Virus record (IMG/VR): IMGVR_UViG_3300046170_000173 | Length of the DNA stretch: 64,000 nucleotides | Reading direction: 5' to 3' (one strand) | From: a virus | Part shown: piece after piece, positions 46,928 to 55,815 of the stretch | Layout: the number at the start of each line of letters is the position of its first letter | Position numbering within the stretch: the stretch's first letter is position 1 | Made by a program: the position numbers and the translations under genes | The notes under the pieces: generated by a model | What the model was told of the DNA's origin: nothing | The model's input: the letters and a program-made list of their open reading frames with translations, nothing else | Database searches by the model: none

Positions 46928-47500
46928 GTGATCAAGATTTTTTATGTCCACGGTTGGGGTTCTGAGTTTGATCCGACTAGTGACAAGGTTCGTGCGCTGT
47001 CTGAGTTAGGTGAAGTTCACGGTGTTACTGTGACATGGGCAGACGGACATCAACGTGTATTCGATCAACTTACTGAAGAGATTAGTGCGTATCAACCCGA
47101 CTTACTCGTTGGTACTTCTATGGGTGGTTACGGTGTCAGTCATCTAGGTACCGAACTCGGCATTCCCTTTGTAGCAATCAACCCCGCAATACGACCCCAC
47201 GAGACACTTATGAGTCGTGTCGGTACTGGTACTGATTACTATGGTCGCGAGTATGAATTGACTTGGCAGACTGTGAGTGCATTCCCTGAGTTTGCTGTCG
47301 GTGGTTACGGACTTGTTCTTGTTGCGATGGATGATGATGTTATTAACGCGCAAGAAACTATAAATAGATACGCAGAACATTACGACTGTCGTGTCTATGA
47401 GACTGGTGGACACCGATTCACTAACTTACCTGAAGCGATAGTTGAAATTCGAACTTTCTATAACATTGCCGAAGAGGTTTACGGACTTGCTGACATTTAA
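46928..47500 (+). CDS. YqiA/YcfP (UPF0227) alpha/beta hydrolase
   Basis: HGW.S, GTSMGG nucleophile elbow, INPA, DDVI, GGHRF. Confidence 0.88.
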   Translation: MIKIFYVHGWGSEFDPTSDKVRALSELGEVHGVTVTWADGHQRVFDQLTEEISAYQPDLLVGTSMGGYGVSHLGTELGIPFVAINPAIRPHETLMSRVGTGTDYYGREYELTWQTVSAFPEFAVGGYGLVLVAMDDDVINAQETINRYAEHYDCRVYETGGHRFTNLPEAIVEIRTFYNIAEEVYGLADI

Positions 47501-48092
47501 GGGATATTTGAACGAAGGGTTCGTCAACCTAATCAATGATGATCCTAAGAAATCAGACTACATTGATGCCGTATGGAATATGATTCAGAAGTCATATGCT
47601 CCGATCGGTGGTATCAAGAGTAATGGATTCCAAACGAAAGAAGCGATGATGTCGTTACCGTTCTGGAAGATTGGAACAGTGAAAGGCAAACCTGTCGCAG
47701 TAACTATCTACAAAGACAAGGGTGGACGAAAGTCTGTCGCGTCTGCGACCGATGGTTCTGACGAAGGTAAGATGCGCATCAAGAACATGATGGCAAACGA
47801 ACTAAAGCGTTCATATGGTGAGAAAAGTAAGGCGGCACTTGGTACCGCACTGAAGGTGACTCCACCAGATGTGATCAAACAGTTTCTTATTTTACCTAAA
47901 GATGTACAGGCACTAGATCCAAAAGATAAGATCATCCCTATCAAGGGGACTCCTAAGAAAGATTGGCCAGCAGACGCCAAGACTACTCTTGAGAAATACC
48001 CTTACTTGATCGACTATGGTTATCTACGAGACTTCGGAGGAACCATGTTGTTCAAAGTCATGATGGGCACGCCAGGAAAAACAATAAAATAA
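47487..48092 (+). CDS. Hypothetical late protein with a capsid-targeting-like N-terminus
   Basis: TTG start MLTFKGYLNE; late promoter TATAAATA at 47359. Confidence 0.65.
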   Translation: MLTFKGYLNEGFVNLINDDPKKSDYIDAVWNMIQKSYAPIGGIKSNGFQTKEAMMSLPFWKIGTVKGKPVAVTIYKDKGGRKSVASATDGSDEGKMRIKNMMANELKRSYGEKSKAALGTALKVTPPDVIKQFLILPKDVQALDPKDKIIPIKGTPKKDWPADAKTTLEKYPYLIDYGYLRDFGGTMLFKVMMGTPGKTIK

Positions 48093-48179
48093 TTTCAAAA
48101 AAAAACTTGACAAACGCCATCTGATTATTATATAATTCTGTTCTAACTTGAAAAAGAGTATTTGAGAGGCTCTTATATT

Positions 48180-49595
48180 ATGAAGAAACTATTGACAGTA
48201 GCGGTGTCTACTGCACTCCTTAGTGCATGTTCTGGGGGTGTGGATAACCCATCCGTACCCGACCCCGTAGTCGTAACTCCCCCACCCACAACAATACCTG
48301 TCGACCCAGCGGTCGAGTCACGTGACAATCTACTCACGTTACTTGACTCTACGTCACCGACAGGTTCATACGAAGTATACATCCTACCCGCAAGTGATGA
48401 CTTCGACAACATCCCCCAAGATCCCAGTAATGAGATCACCGCAGAGAAAGTTGCACTGGGCAAGTTGATCTATCACGAAACTGGTATCACCGATGGTAAC
48501 ATCGCGGGTATGGAAGATACTTTCTCTTGTGCATCATGTCACAACGCACAGAACGGATTCAAGTCCGGTATTCGTCAAGGTATTGGCGAAGGTGGTATCG
48601 GTTTTGATCATCGCATGATTGCTGAAGGAATTAATCCAGAAGATGCTGATGTACAACCAGTAACATCACCTACAGTACTGAATACTGCCTACCAAGAAGT
48701 TATGCTTTGGAATGGTCAGTTCGGTAATGAAGTTGGTGGTATTGTGAACATAGGCATTGACCCAGATCGTCACTTCACGGAAGGTACTCCTAAAGAAGCA
48801 AACTTACGAAATCTATCCGGACTAGAGACTCAGGCAGTCGCGGGTCTTGGTGTTCATCGAATGAATGTTGAAGAAGGTTCCATACTCACAACCAATGAAT
48901 TGTATCAAATGATGTTCGAAGATGCATATGGAATCGCACAACCAGACGACATGTTGGAAGCTGCTGCTCTTGCGGTCGCTGCATTCGAACGAACCGTCCT
49001 ATCTAACGAGGCACCATTCCAAGACTATCTCCGTGGAGATGAGACTGCGATGACTGAGACTCAGGTCGCTGGTGCAGAAGTATTCTTCGGAAAGGGTAAC
49101 TGTCACTCATGTCACAACGGTGCTGCACTATCATCACCCAAGGGTGCGATGGCAGACCAAATCTTCATGACTGTCGGATTCCACGATCTCGACATCTGGG
49201 AAGACGTGATTGGTGACGTGAATGAAGCAACACGTGAGGGACGTGGGGGTTTCACTGGAGATACACTGGACAAGTTCAAGTTCAAAGTACCACCACTTTA
49301 CAATCTTATAGATACAGAAGTGTTTGGTCATGGTGCTTCGTTCTCTAGCGTAGAAGATGTTGTTAGGTACAAGATTGAAGCGATACCACAACACCCACAA
49401 GTAGAGATTGCGGATCTTGACTACAGGTTCACACCTCTGGATCTGACTGAGGATGAGATTGCAAATCTCGTTGAATTCCTTGAAGTTGGTCTACGAGATG
49501 ACAATTTGATGCGGTATGTACCTGAATCTTTACCCAGTGGTAACTGCCCCGTCAACAACGACGAAGTGTCGCGACAAGAACTAGGTTGCGACTAA
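48180..49595 (+). CDS. Di-heme cytochrome c peroxidase (bCcP/MauG family) lipoprotein
   Basis: LSAC lipobox; two CxxCH (CASCH, CHSCH); K..LGK....E, WNGQF, FKVP.L.N. Confidence 0.9.
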   Translation: MKKLLTVAVSTALLSACSGGVDNPSVPDPVVVTPPPTTIPVDPAVESRDNLLTLLDSTSPTGSYEVYILPASDDFDNIPQDPSNEITAEKVALGKLIYHETGITDGNIAGMEDTFSCASCHNAQNGFKSGIRQGIGEGGIGFDHRMIAEGINPEDADVQPVTSPTVLNTAYQEVMLWNGQFGNEVGGIVNIGIDPDRHFTEGTPKEANLRNLSGLETQAVAGLGVHRMNVEEGSILTTNELYQMMFEDAYGIAQPDDMLEAAALAVAAFERTVLSNEAPFQDYLRGDETAMTETQVAGAEVFFGKGNCHSCHNGAALSSPKGAMADQIFMTVGFHDLDIWEDVIGDVNEATREGRGGFTGDTLDKFKFKVPPLYNLIDTEVFGHGASFSSVEDVVRYKIEAIPQHPQVEIADLDYRFTPLDLTEDEIANLVEFLEVGLRDDNLMRYVPESLPSGNCPVNNDEVSRQELGCD

Positions 49596-49606
49596 GAAGG
49601 AGAATT

Positions 49607-49816
49607 ATGTCTTACAAAGAATATCACGGTGATATCGCTAAGGTCTGTGACCAGTGTGGATATATCATCCAACACATCGAAGATACAGAAACGCAACGTG
49701 ATATTCTTACAGGTCAATTGAAGTTTTATGTGAAGTCTCTCAAGGTGGAGTCGGAATTACGCGAAACCTTGGTGCAATCATACGACAAATGCGACGATTG
49801 TAAGACATATAAATAG
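49607..49816 (+). CDS. Small zinc-ribbon protein
   Basis: CDQC...CDDC; AGGAG RBS. Confidence 0.6.
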   Translation: MSYKEYHGDIAKVCDQCGYIIQHIEDTETQRDILTGQLKFYVKSLKVESELRETLVQSYDKCDDCKTYK

Positions 49817-49824
49817 GGAGTATA

Positions 49825-49900
49825 GGGGCTATAGCTCAGTTGGGAGAGCGCTTGATTTGCATTCAAGAGGTCGTGGGTTCGACTCCCTCTAGCTCCACCA
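49825..49900 (+). tRNA. tRNA-Ala(UGC)
   Basis: G3:U70; CTTGA-TTTGCAT-TCAAG; CCA; preceded by late promoter TATAAATA at 49808. Confidence 0.95.
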
Positions 49901-49904
49901 GTTT

Positions 49905-50060
49905 CCCCGCTTTGCGGGACTCGACATAAGATCGGATAAGCGCAATATCTATGCTGTGCGCCCACGAACGTGATCTCTCAAACGTGCATGTTGAAAATGC
50001 CTTGACGTTCGTTGGATCTGACTTGCCATCACATGTCCTTTGAGTCCCGCATAAGCGGGG
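49905..50060 (+). ncRNA. Candidate structured ncRNA (~156 nt, long closing stem)
   Basis: CCCCGCTT-TGCGGGACTC pairs with GAGTCCCGCA-T-AAGCGGGG; nested GACAT/ATGTC, AGATC/GATCT and ACGAACGT/ACGTTCGT. Confidence 0.6.
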
Positions 50061-50106
50061 ATCTTTTTTACTTGACATTGACTTTTAACTGTGGTATTAT
50101 TATATT

Positions 50107-50784
50107 ATGTTTGAACACGTATTTACAGAACTAACCGAAATGAATGCTGTTACCACTGAGAAGGGGCGACAGTACCGCACACCTGAAGGCATCAACCTTC
50201 CATCCATCACAACAGTTCTTTCGATACTGTCCCGTGAATCTATTGCAAAGTGGCGAGCAAGAGTAGGTCATGAAGAAGCGAATCGTATTTCTCACCGTGC
50301 ATCTACCCGTGGGACATCTGTCCACGAAATCATTGAGAAATACATCAACAATGAAGAGAGTTTCAAAGATGGATATACTCCAGATATTATTAGTAGTTTC
50401 CTTGATCTTAAGCCCATTCTCGATGATCGTATTGGCGGAGTATATGCACAGGAGGCACCACTCTACTCGAACCACCTTGGTGTCGCTGGTCGGGTGGACT
50501 GTGTTGCTGAGTTTGATGGTCAGTTATCTATCATCGATTTTAAAACCTCTATGAAACCCAAACGGAAGGATTGGATCACCAATTACTTCATGCAAGAGTC
50601 CGCCTACGCAATCATGTGGGAGGAACGCACGGGTCGTCCCATCACTCAACTTGTCACCATCATATCCGTAGACAACCACGAACCTCAGATCTTTGTCGAA
50701 CACAGAGATACGTGGGTCCGTCCCCTGCGCGAAACAATCGCTCAATATAAAGAAGAAAATTCACACAATTCCCTTGACATATAA
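50107..50784 (+). CDS. PD-(D/E)XK exonuclease (Cas4/RecB-like)
   Basis: PSITTVL, RGT.VH..IE, E..LYS..L..AGRVD, IIDFKTS, Q..AYA. Confidence 0.9.
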   Translation: MFEHVFTELTEMNAVTTEKGRQYRTPEGINLPSITTVLSILSRESIAKWRARVGHEEANRISHRASTRGTSVHEIIEKYINNEESFKDGYTPDIISSFLDLKPILDDRIGGVYAQEAPLYSNHLGVAGRVDCVAEFDGQLSIIDFKTSMKPKRKDWITNYFMQESAYAIMWEERTGRPITQLVTIISVDNHEPQIFVEHRDTWVRPLRETIAQYKEENSHNSLDI

Positions 50785-50801
50785 ATAGAATCATGTATAT
50801 T
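50774..50801 (+). promoter_or_regulatory. Overlapping sigma70-like (TTGACA...TATATT) and late (TATAAATA, 50780) promoters
   Basis: TTGACATATAAATAGAATCATGTATATT. Confidence 0.55.
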
Positions 50802-50829
50802 CACCATATCAAATTATTAGGGAATTGAT

Positions 50830-52296
50830 ATGAAAACTTTTAGAACATTCTTGGCCTTGTCTGAAGCGGTAACACAGGATGCCACGAACACAGAGATGGC
50901 GATCTGCTACCATTACAATTTTAAAAGAACGAAGGACCATAGTGAGTCCTTGTCAGATTCTGGTATCTCTGAAAAAGACTTCAAGAAATTAACACCAGAT
51001 CTTTTGACGATTGGTGAAAAGGTCGCAGCTCAAATGGGTGACAGAGGTCCATTGTTAATTCACTCCGGTTCTGCAACCGCATCTAAAAATTACTACGAAG
51101 GTGCGTCTGATAAAACCCCAAAGGCAGACTTCTTTGGTAATTCCGAAAATTACATATCACTCAAAAAGGGAGGATCAAGTGGATCTGGCGCACAGTTGAT
51201 GAGTGCGAAATCCTCAGAGGCGGCTGGCGTATTTAAGGCCGCGGTTGGTCATTTAGAGAGTGTTAGTAAAACGTCTATTTCCAAAAACAAAGATTTTCAA
51301 AGTGCCCTCAAGATTCTTGAGGACGAGATGAAGTCGACTGCTAGAAATGATTTGAATATAGAAGTTGGTAAGGGAAAGGTTAGTTTTGAAAATTGGTATA
51401 CAACGTCAAGTTCCAGAAAAGACGAAGTGGCCAAAAAAGAAAGGAATGCAAAGAAGGTTGAGAAACACTTAAAGGCGGAATTGTCTTTAATAGGTGCAAC
51501 TAGAGCGTCTAAAGGCGCATCGAAGAATCTTATACAAGGTATCTCTCCAATTACAAAAGACCAGTTGCAGAAAATGTATACTGAATACGAAGGAGACACG
51601 TCCTATAAGGTTGGTGATGTAACCGTTAGTGCAAAGCACTTAGAAAAAGTTGCAGACGACCAACTGTCTGATCCAGCACTAAAGAAACAGATTACCGATG
51701 TTATTCAAACATCTGTTAACTCGCAAGAATGGCAAGATGAGTTGACCAAGTTCTTCACTAATAATGAAGACCTAAAACAATACATGGTCTATGAAGCGGG
51801 TTCTGGTCTTTACAAATTTACTGGTGAATATACTAACGGGAATAATTATTTTGGTTCAGATCAAAATGTCGCCAATAAGATTCTGGTGTTTTATGATAAC
51901 GGAATTAAATCAGAATACGATATGATGGATTACGCGAAAAATAACACCGCACTAGTGAATAATATCAGTGTCAGTTACAAGGGTTCTGGAAGAAGCAAAT
52001 ACATCAAGTTAGGCATTCAGTCATCTATGGATCACGAACTTCCAACGTTGATGGAAGAAGTAGAACAGATACAACAACAGTATTATTTGTGTGAAGGTAT
52101 TTTCAGTAATCTAAAGAACAGGGCAAAAACATTCTTCACATCAATCAAAAAGGCCGTCATGAAATTCATCGACAAGGTGATTCTGAGAGTGATCGGTAAT
52201 CTTAAAACCCTTGCACAGAAAGGGGTATCAACCCTTATGGATGCTCTTGGTTTAGAGTTTTCTGGAAACGTGGCAATGAGTTCACCAACATGGTAA
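50830..52296 (+). CDS. Hypothetical protein, possible restriction-endonuclease-like fold
   Basis: N-terminus MKTFRTFL..SE; TPKAD...YISLKK motif. Confidence 0.6.
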   Translation: MKTFRTFLALSEAVTQDATNTEMAICYHYNFKRTKDHSESLSDSGISEKDFKKLTPDLLTIGEKVAAQMGDRGPLLIHSGSATASKNYYEGASDKTPKADFFGNSENYISLKKGGSSGSGAQLMSAKSSEAAGVFKAAVGHLESVSKTSISKNKDFQSALKILEDEMKSTARNDLNIEVGKGKVSFENWYTTSSSRKDEVAKKERNAKKVEKHLKAELSLIGATRASKGASKNLIQGISPITKDQLQKMYTEYEGDTSYKVGDVTVSAKHLEKVADDQLSDPALKKQITDVIQTSVNSQEWQDELTKFFTNNEDLKQYMVYEAGSGLYKFTGEYTNGNNYFGSDQNVANKILVFYDNGIKSEYDMMDYAKNNTALVNNISVSYKGSGRSKYIKLGIQSSMDHELPTLMEEVEQIQQQYYLCEGIFSNLKNRAKTFFTSIKKAVMKFIDKVILRVIGNLKTLAQKGVSTLMDALGLEFSGNVAMSSPTW

Positions 52297-53516
52297 TAGA
52301 AAACTTCTCTTCCTACATTACTGAACAAAAGAACACTCACATGACCCACATTGAGGACAAGGTTCTCTACGGTGGTGTCGACGGTACGCGTGAAGCAATT
52401 TATGCATTAACGGGACTACGTGATATGTTAGCGGGAAAGAAGGCGGGTAATGTGTCGGTCAAGTGGGACGGTGCACCCGCCATCTTTTGTGGCACCGACC
52501 CGTCAGACGGTCAGTTCTTTGTCGCGAAGAAGGGCATCTTCAACAAGAACCCGAAGGTCTACAAGACCGACGCGGACATCGACGCGGACACCAAGGGAGA
52601 CCTAAACTCAAAATTGAAACAGGCACTCAAGTATCTCCCAGACCTAAACATCAAGGGTGTTGTTCAGGGAGACTTCCTGTTTAGTCGTGCAGACCTACAG
52701 GGTAAGAAAATTGGAGGAAAGAAATACGTTGTCTTTCACCCAAACACTATCGCATACGCAGTACCTTGGGAACAGGCAGCAGATATACGCGCCGCAAAGA
52801 TTGGTATTGTATGGCATACGACCTACACCGGAACATCTTTTGAGAACATGAAGGCGTCCTATGGTGTGGACATGTCTCGGTTCCGCACGTCGCGCAATGT
52901 ATGGTCGCAAGACGCTATGCTCCGCGACGTGACTAACGCGACCATGAGTTCAGAAGACACCAAAGAGGTCAATTCTCTGTTAACTAAAATTGGTCGTCTT
53001 TTTGGTCAGACTTCTGAGATCACAATCAAGTCTCTAGAATCAAATCAGAACCTTGCACAGGCGATCGAGACATACAATAATTCGTTCGTTCGTGCAGGCG
53101 CACTCATCCCAGACTCTACCAAACACGTCACGGGATTGGTCGCAAACCGTCAAGCATACTATCAAAAAGAGATCGCCAGTAAGAAGTCCCAACGTGGAAA
53201 AGACACGTGGATTCAGAAATATGCAGATGAAATGAAGTTTTTCTCGTCAGACAACAAGGCAAATCTCGTAAAAATGTTTGAAATGCAACGTTTGATGGTA
53301 CTGGTCAAATTAAAACTTATAAATAGTTTGGACAAACTAAAGACGATCGATACCTTCGTTCAGACAGTTGACGGATACCAAGTCACTGGAGAAGAGGGGT
53401 ATGTGGTGATCGATACACTTGGTGGTGATGCGGTGAAATTGGTTGATCGTATGGAGTTCTCATACAACAACTTTTCATCTGATATATTGAAAGGGTGGGA
53501 TTCCGCCCGTAGATAA
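52290..53516 (+). CDS. Conserved T4-like protein with a ligase-like KxDG motif
   Basis: KNTHMTHIED, VKWDGAPA, QGD.LF, EG.V, KLVDR.EFS..NF. Confidence 0.75.
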   Translation: MVIENFSSYITEQKNTHMTHIEDKVLYGGVDGTREAIYALTGLRDMLAGKKAGNVSVKWDGAPAIFCGTDPSDGQFFVAKKGIFNKNPKVYKTDADIDADTKGDLNSKLKQALKYLPDLNIKGVVQGDFLFSRADLQGKKIGGKKYVVFHPNTIAYAVPWEQAADIRAAKIGIVWHTTYTGTSFENMKASYGVDMSRFRTSRNVWSQDAMLRDVTNATMSSEDTKEVNSLLTKIGRLFGQTSEITIKSLESNQNLAQAIETYNNSFVRAGALIPDSTKHVTGLVANRQAYYQKEIASKKSQRGKDTWIQKYADEMKFFSSDNKANLVKMFEMQRLMVLVKLKLINSLDKLKTIDTFVQTVDGYQVTGEEGYVVIDTLGGDAVKLVDRMEFSYNNFSSDILKGWDSARR

Positions 53517-53539
53517 CATGGGAAAAACCAAAGGGGATA

Positions 53540-53905
53540 ATGACTGTGGAGTCGTTTAAACAATTTGTGGACGAAGTCCTAGATAACGCCCAGCGACGTA
53601 AACTCGCAATGCGAATGAAAAAGAACAAGGCGAAGATCGCTATTGCTCGAAAGAAATCAGAACGCAAGATGGCGAACATGGACACACTAAAGAAACGCGC
53701 ACGTAGATCCGCGCGTAACCAGATGGTAGACAAACTTGCAAAGGGTAAGTCAAAAGATCAAATGTCACTCGCGCAGAAGAAGAACATCGAGAAGCGTCTA
53801 GACAATCCTGCCATGCAAAAGAAAATTGACCGTGGTGCCAAGAAACAACTAAAGGTTGTTCGTAAGGCAGAAATACAACGTAAACGTGGACGCGGTCAAA
53901 AGTAA
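53540..53905 (+). CDS. Highly basic hypothetical protein
   Basis: K/R-rich; late promoter TATAAATA at 53318; N-terminus SFKQFVDE. Confidence 0.7.
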   Translation: MTVESFKQFVDEVLDNAQRRKLAMRMKKNKAKIAIARKKSERKMANMDTLKKRARRSARNQMVDKLAKGKSKDQMSLAQKKNIEKRLDNPAMQKKIDRGAKKQLKVVRKAEIQRKRGRGQK

Positions 53906-55521
53906 TGATAAAGAATTTTTCACAATACCTCGTAGAAGAGGAGCGTGAAGTATTTTTCACGTTTGGTCGCATGAACCCGCCCACCGTTGGTCACGGCAAG
54001 GTCATGGACACACTATCAACCAAGTCGGGTAAGTCTGACTACAAAGTCTTCGTGTCGCAATCTCAAGACCCGAAAAAGAACCCGTTGTCGTATAGTGATA
54101 AGATCAAACACACACGTAAGATGTTTCCAAAACATGCACGAAACATCATCGCAGATAAGTCGGTAAAGACCGCAATCAATGCGATGGTCGCTCTGTATGA
54201 CCAAGGTTACAAGTCAGTAACAATGGTCGTTGGGGAAGACCGTATTACAGAATTCGATGTCCTGTTGAAAAAATACAACGGGACGAAGGGCCGTCATGGC
54301 TTCTACAATTTTAAAAACATTAACATAGTATCTGCTGGTGAGAGAGATCCAGACGCTAGTGGTGTGGAAGGGATGTCAGCGTCTAAACAGCGAGAGAATG
54401 CAGCGAATAATGATTTCGTAACGTTCGCGCAAGGCGTTCCCAAGTCTATGTCCGATAAAGACACACGTAAGTTATTTAACGACGTGCGTAAGGGTATGGG
54501 ACTTAAAGAAGCCCTAGAATTCCGTAATCACCTAGAACTAAAAACAGTATCAGAAACTCGCGAACAATATGTTGCGGGTTCTCTGTTTGAAGTCGGCGAT
54601 ACAGTAGTCATCAAAGAAAGTGATGAGGTGGCTACTGTAGTCGTTTTAGGAGCAAATTACGTCATTGTAGAACACAATGGCAAGAAGTCCCGCAAGTGGT
54701 TAGACGCAGTCGAGAAACTTGAAGAGGATGTATCACAAAGACAAATAGACGACCTAGAGAAGTTCGGTGATCGTTTGTTGAAGAAGTTCGACATCGATGT
54801 CGAGTTCACCCGTCATTTCGCAGATCGTATGAACGACAAGCGCAATGACCCAGAGATCAAGGTCGCAGAGATTCAGCGTTTGTTCAAGAAGATTGCAAAG
54901 AACAAGGGCAAAGACATTAAGAAACACGGAGATGCAGAAGCGGTCCTCAAGGACATGCAGTCAGATCTGAATCTTCCGGTTGTTGTAAATTTCAAAGACG
55001 GTGAGTTCGAGGTGGTCAACAAGACCATCATGCGCAAGAAGGGATTCAAGACAACAAGTCCAGAGATCAAGTATGAGGCTCAGGATCCTGATATAAAGGA
55101 TAAGGAAGGAACTCAACCAGCGCGATATCACGCAGGACTCAAGAAGTCCACCAAAGATAAACGTGATGCGCACTTCAAGAAACACGGTAAAAAAGCAGAC
55201 AACGATTCATCTGCATACAAACCAGCGCCAGGCGATGCAACCGCAAAGACCAAACCATCGAAGTATACCAAGGCGTTCAAGGACATGTATGAAGAACAGG
55301 ATAAGATCCTAGAGAACTGGGTGACTGATCTCATGAATAAGTTGGACGCTAAGTCTATCCATAGGAATAAATATAAGAAAGTCGCACAGTACATCAAGAA
55401 AGAACTTGATAAATCTGGAGACGGACGTTCAATAGAATATCACGCCGCTAACACTATTCGTAAGTTCAATCTGGACATGGATAGAAAGGCATTGGCGGGT
55501 ATGATAAGGCAATTGGCATGA
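53905..55521 (+). CDS. Cytidyltransferase-like (HxGH) multidomain protein
   Basis: FGRMNPPTVGH, KNPL, VG.DR, SAG.RDPD, MSASK.R; further C-terminal modules. Confidence 0.8.
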   Translation: MIKNFSQYLVEEEREVFFTFGRMNPPTVGHGKVMDTLSTKSGKSDYKVFVSQSQDPKKNPLSYSDKIKHTRKMFPKHARNIIADKSVKTAINAMVALYDQGYKSVTMVVGEDRITEFDVLLKKYNGTKGRHGFYNFKNINIVSAGERDPDASGVEGMSASKQRENAANNDFVTFAQGVPKSMSDKDTRKLFNDVRKGMGLKEALEFRNHLELKTVSETREQYVAGSLFEVGDTVVIKESDEVATVVVLGANYVIVEHNGKKSRKWLDAVEKLEEDVSQRQIDDLEKFGDRLLKKFDIDVEFTRHFADRMNDKRNDPEIKVAEIQRLFKKIAKNKGKDIKKHGDAEAVLKDMQSDLNLPVVVNFKDGEFEVVNKTIMRKKGFKTTSPEIKYEAQDPDIKDKEGTQPARYHAGLKKSTKDKRDAHFKKHGKKADNDSSAYKPAPGDATAKTKPSKYTKAFKDMYEEQDKILENWVTDLMNKLDAKSIHRNKYKKVAQYIKKELDKSGDGRSIEYHAANTIRKFNLDMDRKALAGMIRQLA

Positions 55522-55790
55522 TAAATTTCAAGAAGTACCTTGAAGAAAAAAGATATGGTCTCTACTCCGATCTCGATTTAGAGGAAGGTCCAGACGGTAT
55601 CGCAGCGAAGGCGAAGAAGTCGGGTATCTCACCAGACACACTTCGCAAGGTTTATAATAGAGGTGTTGCTGCATGGAAGACGGGTCACCGCCCAGGCACC
55701 ACACCGCAACAATGGGGAATGGCAAGGGTTAACGCCTTCATCGTAAAGAAGAAGAAAGGTAACCTAAACCATGACAAAGACTTAGCATAA
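55518..55790 (+). CDS. Conserved small phage protein
   Basis: KA.KSG....LR.VY.RG.AAW.TGHRPG.T..QW..ARVN.F. Confidence 0.75.
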   Translation: MINFKKYLEEKRYGLYSDLDLEEGPDGIAAKAKKSGISPDTLRKVYNRGVAAWKTGHRPGTTPQQWGMARVNAFIVKKKKGNLNHDKDLA

Positions 55791-55815
55791 AACTCAAAAG
55801 AGGTTTTAAACAAAA

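Noticed and set aside
49825-50060. tmRNA or retron interpretation of tRNA-Ala plus the downstream structure
   Set aside because: The tRNA-Ala is complete, with anticodon arm and CCA; no tag ORF and no reverse transcriptase in the window
50107-50784. Cas4-like nuclease as evidence of CRISPR-Cas
   Set aside because: A stand-alone exonuclease common in T4-like phages; no array or other cas genes
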